Positions 53,955 through 64,000 of a stretch of DNA of 64,000 bases are shown here, piece after piece. The stretch lies in NCBI RefSeq assembly GCF_009914755.1, contig NC_060944.1; one strand, 5' to 3'. The notes beneath the pieces are model-generated. The model was not told where the DNA came from, searched no databases, and saw only the letters and a program-made list of their open reading frames with translations. The position numbers were made by a program, and so were the translations under genes. Position 1 is the first letter of the stretch; every line of letters begins with the position of its first letter. This stretch comes from the human T2T-CHM13v2.0 reference genome, Homo sapiens.

Positions 53955-54370
53955 AAAAAAAGATAGACTGGATAAGAAAATGTGGCACATATACACCATG
54001 GAATACTATGCAGCCATAAAAAAAGAAAGAGTTCATGTCCTTTGCAGGGACATGGATGAAGCTGGAAACCATCATCCTTGGCAAACTAACACAAGGACAG
54101 AAAACCAAACACCGCATGGTCTCACTCATAAGTGGGAGCTGAACAGTGAGAACACATGGACACAGGGAGGGGAACATTACACACCAGGGCCTATCAGGGG
54201 GTAGGGGCAAGGGGAGGGAGAGCATTAGGACAAATACCTAATGCATGCAGAGCTTAAAACCTAGAAGACGGATTGATAGGTGCAGCAAACCACCATGGCA
54301 CATGGATACCTATTAATAAACCTGCATGTTCAGCACATGTATCCTAGAACTTAAAGTAACATAAAAAAAT
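53955..54370 (+). mobile_element. 5'-truncated older L1PA 3' end
   Basis: tagactggataagaaaatgtggcacatatacaccatgg...cctagaacttaaagta. Confidence 0.9.
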
Positions 54371-55104
54371 CTAATTGTATTGCACATATCTAATTATCTG
54401 ACAATTCCACCTCTAGGTACCTACCAAGAGAATTACTCTCACATGTGCACAAGGAGGTAAAGCGAGGCTGTTTACAGCAGCACTGCTGGCAAGTGTGGAA
54501 AATTGACAACAGGAGGCAGGTGAATTGGTAGAGGAACAGGTGCAGGTACTGCATTACAGATTGTTCACTGGCTGAGTTCAAGGAGGCTATTCCTCAACAT
54601 GGGATAAGTCTAGAACTACAAGCATGAACTCATTCCCTATACATAATGTTAAAAGTGAAAAATAACCAAGTTACAGGAAAAAAGTGGGAAGAGAATGAAG
54701 CTATTTGTATTTTTTAAAACCTTACTTATCTATGCAATGCATGGGAAAACATCATGAAAAATACACATCAATTCATAGCAAGGATTATTTTCGAGGAGGG
54801 GACAGGACTGGGCAAGGCAGGGAATTAAAGGATTACTTTTGTTTTTCTATATTATTGGAAAGACTTACAAGACTCTTCACATTTTCTTGGGAAATTTTTG
54901 TAGTAGGATGAGATAAGACTCAGTTAAAAGGAAGACCGCCATTTGGTGAGTGATTCAAAATCTTGTTAGTTCAGATTTCCCTGAAAAAAAAATGCACATT
55001 TTGCACATTTATTTAAAACTGTGCACTCAGGGGATTCACAGATTCACTGCTAGTTGTCCAAGAGACCCAGTGGCCTCCGGTTTAACACACCTGCAGTGGA
55101 GAGA

Positions 55105-55580
55105 AAGAACATGGTAGATTAACCAAGACCCCGAATTATCTGCTGCGCGGCCCATGGAGAGGTGGGATCTAATTCTTCCTTTGAGTACAGGCCAGCCTTA
55201 GTGATTGGCTTGCCAATGGACCACAACAGCAGAGGTGCTCTGGCCCTTCCGAGGCAGGTGTCAGAAGCGTTGCTTGCTGATTCTGCAGGGGACCCCTGGA
55301 AACACTCCCTCCGGGGAATCCAGCATCTGTGTGAGGAGTCTGAGGCTTCCGTGACGTCACCATGCTGGAGAGGCCACGTGTAGGAGGCAGTCCCAGCTGA
55401 GCCCAGCCTGGCAGGCATCCGAGCTAGGGCCCCCAATAGTGAGTGCAGCCACCTTGTATCTTCCCAGCCAGCTCATCTGCCAGCTGTGGAGCGACTTCCA
55501 GCAACACCAGTGAGGAGCAGAAAAAATTTTCCAAATTCCTGACCCACAAAATCAAGAGATACAATAGTTTGTGATAGGTT
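55105..55580. mobile_element. MLT1 (MaLR) LTR
   Basis: tggtagatt...caccatgctggagaggccacgtgtagg...caaattcctgacccacaaaatc. Confidence 0.65.
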
Positions 55581-55917
55581 TATTATATATATAATATGTA
55601 ATATATGACTTATTATAAATTAATTGTGAGATTCACAGTCTCACAAGGCAGATGTGGAAATAAGTAATTACATTATATTGTGAAATAATAGATGTCATCA
55701 TTATATAAAACTTATAATTATGTAAGTTGTACATAATTTATAATACATGTAATAGAAAATAGGTTGTAGATTTAAGCACCAAGTTTTAGGGCAGATTGTT
55801 AAGTGGCAGTCGCTGAAACAGGGTGGGACTGCACGCTGCACGCCTATGATCAGGGTGAGGGTGGAGACCCTAGGAAAAGTACCGCTCTGCAGACTTTGTG
55901 TCTTAGGAGTGTCCTGA

Positions 55918-56289
<372 letters not shown>

Positions 56290-56656
56290 ATCCTCATTCC
56301 TTCTTTCCTTCCTTTTCTTACTTCCTTTTCTCCCCAGACATTAATTGAGCACCTGCTAAATAAGAATAAAGTATAAGTCAGTCTCTGGGGAAACACAAAT
56401 TGGTTAGATACGGTCCCTGTTCTCAAAGAGTCACAATCTTACATGGGCAGACATGGAAATAAATAATTACAACCTATTGAGAAATAATAGATTTAATCGT
56501 AACAGAAGTCTTTTTATAATTATAATAAAATATTAGCATTAACTGGCTTTATGTAATGAACATATTTTATCCTCACAACAATCATACTACGTGGGTCCTA
56601 TAATTATTTCCATTGATCAGATAAAGAAACTGAGGCACATATAAGTTAAGAGGTGC

Positions 56657-56934
56657 ATCCAGGATGTGAGTAGTGGCTCGTGCCTGTAATCCCAACATGT
56701 TGGGAGACTGAGGTTGTAGGATCGCTTGAGCCCAGGAGTTCGAGATCAGCCTAGGCAACTGAGACGCCATCTCTACAAAAAATCAAAAAACTAGCCGGTT
56801 GTGGTGGCGCACACCTGTGGTCCCAGCTACTTGGGAGGCTGAGGTAGGAGGATTTCATGAGCCCAGGAGGTTGAGGCTGCTGCAGTGAGCCTGGGTGACG
56901 GAGTGAGATCCTATCTCAAAAAAAAAAAAAAAAA
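56657..56934 (+). mobile_element. AluJ
   Basis: ggaggttgaggctgc. Confidence 0.85.
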
Positions 56935-58060
56935 TCACAAAGCCACATTTGATGGAAAAATCAAAATCAAAAGTTCAGTTTCAGGAGTGTTAATTTGTTG
57001 ATGTATATTAGAAATTCATTGGTGCATTCCAGTGGCCCATCGTAAATGAGGCTAAACTTTTAAAGGAGGAGATTTCATTCTCTAAAAAAATAACCTGCTC
57101 AGATTCATAGAGACACAAAGTAGCATGATGGGTGCCAGGGGGTGGGAGGGGGAGGTGGGGAGACCACATTTAATAGGGACAGAGTTTCAGTTTGGGACGG
57201 TGAACAAGTTCTGCAGATGGATGCTGCTGACGGTTGCACAGCAATGTGAGTGTATCTAATGCCGGAGAACTGCACGCTTTAAAATGAGTAAAATGGTAAA
57301 GTTTATGTTACTCATATTCTGCCACACACACAAAAGTAGCCTGAATTTTTGTACTCTCTTGACAAGTTGGAAGACCTGGCAAGGCTGTGACGCTCCACGC
57401 TGCACGGTGGCTGCTCCTCACCTGGGCTGGGTCCCCAGCACACATCAGCCACTCTCCTGCCCTCTCCTGCATTGCTTAATGACCCATTGACACCCAGGCT
57501 CATGGCTCCACAGAGGTCCCAGCCGGCTGCCCGGAGAACATTCTTCTTTCTGGATGATGCCCCTGGCTTCCTGCAGCACCAAGGCCCAGAAAGGGTTAGC
57601 GTAGAAGAGTCAGGCTCTGAGGCAGTGCAGGACGGCAGGGCTGGGCCTTCTGCTTCTAGCCTGTCTCTAATTATGATGATTGTTGCTGCCCAATGATGAG
57701 CCAACTCTCCTGCCAGCATTAAACAGTCATTTATCAAATCCTGAAACTCCTTCTTCAACGGAAAAGCGTGGCCTCAGCCCTGCACTCGGGCACACCGAAG
57801 CCACTCAAATCACCCCTTGTCAGTGTTTGAGGCCAGGGTTCCTGGCCTGCTCGGACCCCCTGACATGCACAAGGAAGAGTGAAAGCAAGGCTGGGGGTCA
57901 CCATGGGAGACACATCTGCTGTCACCAGTGTGTGTGTGCACATGTGTGCCTGTATTAAAGATGCTTAGAGTTCAGACATAGCAGCTTTTGCGTGTGGGTG
58001 AGACCCTGTGTCCATCCCAGGAACAGCTCTGGCAGCCCTGAGTCTCAGTCCACAGACTGA

Positions 58061-58693
<633 letters not shown>

Positions 58694-58767
58694 TAATTAA
58701 TTTATTCATTTTTCTTTATCCAATCAGTGTCATACATTGAACTTTTTAATTTTTTTAAAAGTCCCCC

Positions 58768-59512
<745 letters not shown>

Positions 59513-59739
59513 TCCTATTACCTCAGCCTTTGGTCCTCCAGGCCACTGTGCCCATGGAATATGTCATCTCAGTCCTTCCAGGGTTTGTAGCACAGTCCTG
59601 CAACCTTCAGCATGGAAGTGGGGTGAGGGTGGGAGAATCTGGTCCTCAGCTATCAGTCCACCCAGAAAAACACCACGGCGGCCCTTGTCCTTGTCTACAT
59701 AGCCCCTCTAGAGTTTCCATGCAACAAAGAACCATTGTT

Positions 59740-60050
59740 GGCTGGGCGTGGTGGCTCATGACTGTAATCTCAGCACTTTGGGAAGCCGAGGCGGGCAGAT
59801 CACTTGAGGTAGGGAGTTCAAGACTGGCCTGGCCTGGCCAACATGGTGAAATCCCATCTCTACTAAAAATACAAAAATTAGCCAGGCGTGGTGGCACACA
59901 GCTGTAATTTCGGTTACTCAGGAGGCTGAGGCAGGAGAATAGCTTGAGCCCAGGAGGCAGAGGTTGCAGTGAGCTAAGATCATACCACTGCACTCCAGCC
60001 TAGGCAACAGAGAGAGACTCTGAAAAAAAACAAAAAACAAAAAAAAAAAA
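59740..60050 (+). mobile_element. AluS
   Basis: Dimeric Alu. Confidence 0.9.
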
Positions 60051-60616
60051 ACGTTGTTATGGGACTATAGCATTGCACAACTTCAGAGGGCACCATTTCC
60101 CAGTGGCCGTGACATGCACAACTGCAGAGTCAGATGCAGCAGCCCCTGTAGGCAAGAATCTTTCAGGACTGCCTCCGAGGACAGGTGACTTAAGTTTAAA
60201 TCCCCACTTGGGCACTTCCTAGCTGTGCAATTTAGGGTAACATACTTAACCTCTCTCTGTAGAGTATCCTTATCTTAAAAAAAGGGATAGGCCCTGAGGA
60301 GGTGAGAAAAACAATTACAATATTGAAGACAAGGATAATAGTAATAGTGACTTCATAGGATTATTGTAAGGGTGGAATGAATTGGTGTCTTCGTGGCACA
60401 CAGCAAATGCTCTAAGTGTGTGTGTCTATTGTGATTGTTATGATCTGAGCTGCACACACCAGAGCACATGGATTGGAATTTTACAACAGAGTTTTTTTGT
60501 CCCACCTGCATTTTTTAAATTTTAATGTAATGTATTTATAAAGAGAGATTTACATAATAATCCAAATTTCTAACCTCTCTAAAAAAAAAAAAAAAAAAAA
60601 AAACCTGAAAACTTGG

Positions 60617-60966
60617 TGATATGGTTTGGCTGTGTCCCCACCCATATCAAATTGTATCCTCCCATAATTCCCCTGTGTTGTGGGAGGGACCCAGTGGGAG
60701 ATAATTGAATCATGGGGCAGTTTCCCCATACTGTTCTCTTGGTAGTGAGTAAATCTCAAGAGGTCTGATGATTTTATAAGGGGTTTCCTCTTTCACTTGG
60801 CTCTCATTCTCCTCTTTTGTCTGCCACCATGTGAGACGTGCCTGTTACCTTCCGCCATGATTGTGAGGCCTCCCCAGTCACATGGAGCTATGAGTTCATT
60901 AAACCTCTTCTGCAAATTGCCCAGTCTCTGGTATGTCTATCAGCAGCATGAAAATGGACTAATACA
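60617..60966 (+). mobile_element. THE1 (MaLR) solo LTR
   Basis: TGATATGGTTTGGCTGTGTCCCCACCC...GAAAATGGACTAATACA, ~350 bp. Confidence 0.9.
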
Positions 60967-61077
60967 GAGGGCAATATTGCATTTGCATTGCCATATGGCT
61001 GTCATCAGTGACAGCTAAGTAGCCATAACTCCCATGAAATGGGTTGAAGTCTCCTCATACCCCTCCCAATTCTGTAT

Positions 61078-61078
<1 letters not shown>

Positions 61079-61112
<34 letters not shown>
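61079..61112. repeat. (CA)n microsatellite
   Basis: Directly visible. Confidence 0.95.
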
Positions 61113-61115
<3 letters not shown>

Positions 61116-61389
61116 CTGAGCCCCCCTCTGGCCTGCAGTTACCTGAATAAGCCCTGGTGAGGCTGGAATTTGCCATCTCTGCTCTCCTCCAATCCTTTCA
61201 TTTTCACAGCAAGGAAACTGACACCCAGAGAGGTTGTGTGACCCACCCCAAGTCACACAGCAAGTTGCAACGAAACTGAGACTGAGCTCAGGCCTCTTGG
61301 CTCCCAGCTTCTTTGTCATCACTAAGATATTTCTAAATGTAGGATGACCCTGCTTGATGTTTCAAGATGATAGAAATAAAAAAGTTGAA

Positions 61390-61682
61390 GGCTGGGCAGG
61401 GGGCTCACACCTGTAATCCCAGCACTTTGGGAGGCTGAGGGGGGTGGATCACTTGAGGTCAGGAGTTCCAGACCAGCCTGGCCAACATGGTGAAACCTTG
61501 TCTCTACTAAAAATATAAAAATTAGCCAGGCGTGGTGGCGCACACCTGTAGCCCCAGCTACTCAGGAGACTGAGGTGGGAGAATCGCTTGAACCTGGGAG
61601 ATGGAGATTGCAGTGGCAGACATCATGCCATTGCACTCCAGCCTGGGCGAGGGAGTGAGACTCCATCTCAAAAAAAAAAAAA
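61390..61682 (+). mobile_element. AluS
   Basis: Dimeric Alu, TSD core aaaaagttg. Confidence 0.9.
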
Positions 61683-61769
61683 GTTGGATATTCCTCTTCT
61701 TATTTTACAAATAATGCTAAGTATTCTGTCTTGGCATAAAGAGGAAACCTTAGAGAGCTACCTCCCAGA

Positions 61770-62290
61770 CCAGAGTTTCTCAAGTCGGAATGAATTTGCC
61801 CTCCTGGTGTCTGAAGACACGTTTGGTTGTCACTATTTGGGGGGTGCTACTGGCATCTGGAAGGCAAAAGCCACAGATGCCACTGAACACCCTACAATGC
61901 ACAGGACAGCCCCCACAACAGAGAACTATCCAGCCCAAAACATCAATAGTGTCAAGATTGAGAAACCCCGCCAAGACCCTTGCTTCTCAAAGTGTGGTCC
62001 CTGGGTCAGCAGCGCCAGCAACACCTGGAAGCTTGTGAGAAATGGGAAATCTTGGGCCCACCCAGACCTAGACAATCAGAAACAATTTTAATAACATCCC
62101 AGGTGATTCACTGGCACATTAGATTGCAAGAAGCATGCTTTATATATACTCATTGGCACATCAGGTTGCAAGAACCAGTGTTTCTCAACCTTGACTGTAA
62201 AATAGCATTTCCTGGGAGGGAGAGGGGGTGGTGGCTGAAAATCCTAATGCCCAGGGCACCCTTTGGAGCAATTACATTAGACTCTCTGGG
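61770..62290. mobile_element. MER20 followed by MER5 fragments
   Basis: cagagtttctcaa...gctactggcatctgg...gattgagaaaccc; cttctcaaagtgtggtccc. Confidence 0.7.
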
Positions 62291-62309
62291 AGTGGAAACC
62301 AAATATCCC

Positions 62310-62560
62310 TTTTTTTTTTTTTTTTTGAGATGGAGTCTCGCTCTGTCGCCCAGGCTGGAGTGCAGTGGCACGATCTCACCTCACTGCAACCTCTGCCACC
62401 AGGGTTCCAGCTATTCTCCTGCCTTAGCCTCCTGAGTAGCTGGGATTACAGGCAGCATGCACCTGTAGTCCCAGCTACTCAGGAGGCTGAGGTGGGAGGA
62501 TTGTTTGAGCCCAGCAGTTTGAGACTAGCCTGGGCAACATAGTGATATCCCTGTCTCAAA
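62310..62560. mobile_element. Head-to-head fusion of a reverse Alu right arm and a forward Alu monomer
   Basis: Orientation flips at ~62455. Confidence 0.85.
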
Positions 62561-63102
62561 AATACACATTAAAAAAAAAACTTTAACTGCATAAAATGGA
62601 TATTATCACGAGCAAAATCAATTACATGTATACAAAGGTATTAATGTATTTATAAAAACAAATCTGAGGTATCATACCCTATGTGCTTCTTTATTAATGC
62701 ATTTAATAACAAAATTCAGAGCAGGGTTTAATAACCACGATAATTCCAAAGTCATGACAAGGTGAGTAATATTTCCAGATATCCACGGCTGCTGGAATGC
62801 TATGGGAAAAGATCCGTGGCTTCAAATGGTGGCAAAGTGGCAGGTACTTGTGCCACTGCATGGTGTGTTGCCAACTTTCACAATCAAGGAAATGCTAAGT
62901 TAGAGTTAGAACTTAGAGAAAGTAACTGTTTGTAGACTTTCCCATGCAAGGTCACAGACCTCCTGAATTCTATCCCTGAAATCCCTGGCTCTGGTAAAGG
63001 GAGACAGACAAGCTGATGATAATACAGTGTGATTAAGGGCTAAGATTAGGGGAAGTAATACAAAAAGGGGAACTGCAGTTCCCCTTTTTAAATATGTCTG
63101 CA

Positions 63103-63399
63103 GGCTGGGTATGGTGGCTCATGCCTGTAATCCCAGCATTTTGGGAGGCCGAGGCAGGCAGATCACGAGTTCAGGAGATGGAGACCATCCTGGTTAACAC
63201 AGTGAAACCCCGTCTCTACTAGAAATATAACAAATTAGCTGGGCATGGTGGCACACACCTGTAGTCTCAGCTACTCGTGAGGCTGAGGCAGGAGAATCAA
63301 CGTGAACCCAGGTGGCGGAAGTTGCAGTGAGCCGAGATCACACCACTCCACTCCAGCATGGGTGACAGAGTGAGTCTCTGTCTCAAAAAAAAAAAAAAA
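63103..63399 (+). mobile_element. AluSc/Y-like
   Basis: gagaccatcctggttaacacagtg. Confidence 0.88.
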
Positions 63400-63413
63400 A
63401 TCTGCAAATTTTT

Positions 63414-63716
<303 letters not shown>

Positions 63717-63821
63717 TTGCAAAATTGCAAATTTTCTGCAAATTTTTGATGCTCCTCTCAAGAGGCAGAATGTAAGTCCTCACTAACCCACCTCCCCTGA
63801 ATGTGCAAGACTTAGTGCTCA

Positions 63822-63992
63822 TTTCTTTTTTTTCTTCTTCCTTCCTTCCTCCCTCCCTCTCTCTTTCTCTCTCTCCTTTTCTTTCTTTTCTTTCTTTCTT
63901 TTTCTCTTTCTCTCTCTCTCTTTCTCCTTCCTTCCTTCCCTTCCTCCCTCCTTCCCTCCTTCCTTCCTTCCTTTCCTTTCCTTCTTTCTTTC
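63822..63992. repeat. (CTTC/CTTT)n pyrimidine tract, probably the tail of a reverse Alu beyond the window
   Basis: Directly visible; ends in tgacagag. Confidence 0.9.
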
Positions 63993-64000
63993 TGACAGAG

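Overview
Primate (almost certainly human) genomic DNA, very rich in interspersed repeats (about 50 Alus, plus L2, MER5/MER20/MER58/MER1, MLT1/MLT2/THE1 LTRs and old L1 fragments). No host protein-coding exon is visible. The central feature is an ~8.2 kb AT-rich, almost transposon-free block (17422 to ~25610, + strand). It has a splice acceptor at its start and AATAAA plus a GU/U-rich element at its end, so it reads as a wholly non-coding terminal exon. From memory of the sequence I recognise it as the 3'UTR exon of TSHZ2 (20q13.2); this is not verified by search. The exon is bracketed by two full-length, same-orientation L1PA2-type LINE-1 elements 31,177 bp apart, each with its own TSD. They share several apparently non-consensus substitutions, including one that creates an in-frame upstream ATG in strong Kozak context for ORF1. 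Both have ORF2 damaged within its first four codons. The downstream copy carries a point change that makes its antisense ORF0 splice donor a perfect CAG|GTGAGT, on a transcript heading toward the 3'UTR. Other notable structures: a ~215 bp near-palindrome inside the 3'UTR, a 15-nt 3' transduction in the first L1 tail, an Alu-Alu multi-switch local duplication (11.6-13.8 kb), fold-back Alu junctions and a tail-only retroinsertion. Repeat boundaries are approximate (about +/-10-30 bp) and subfamily calls were made by eye.
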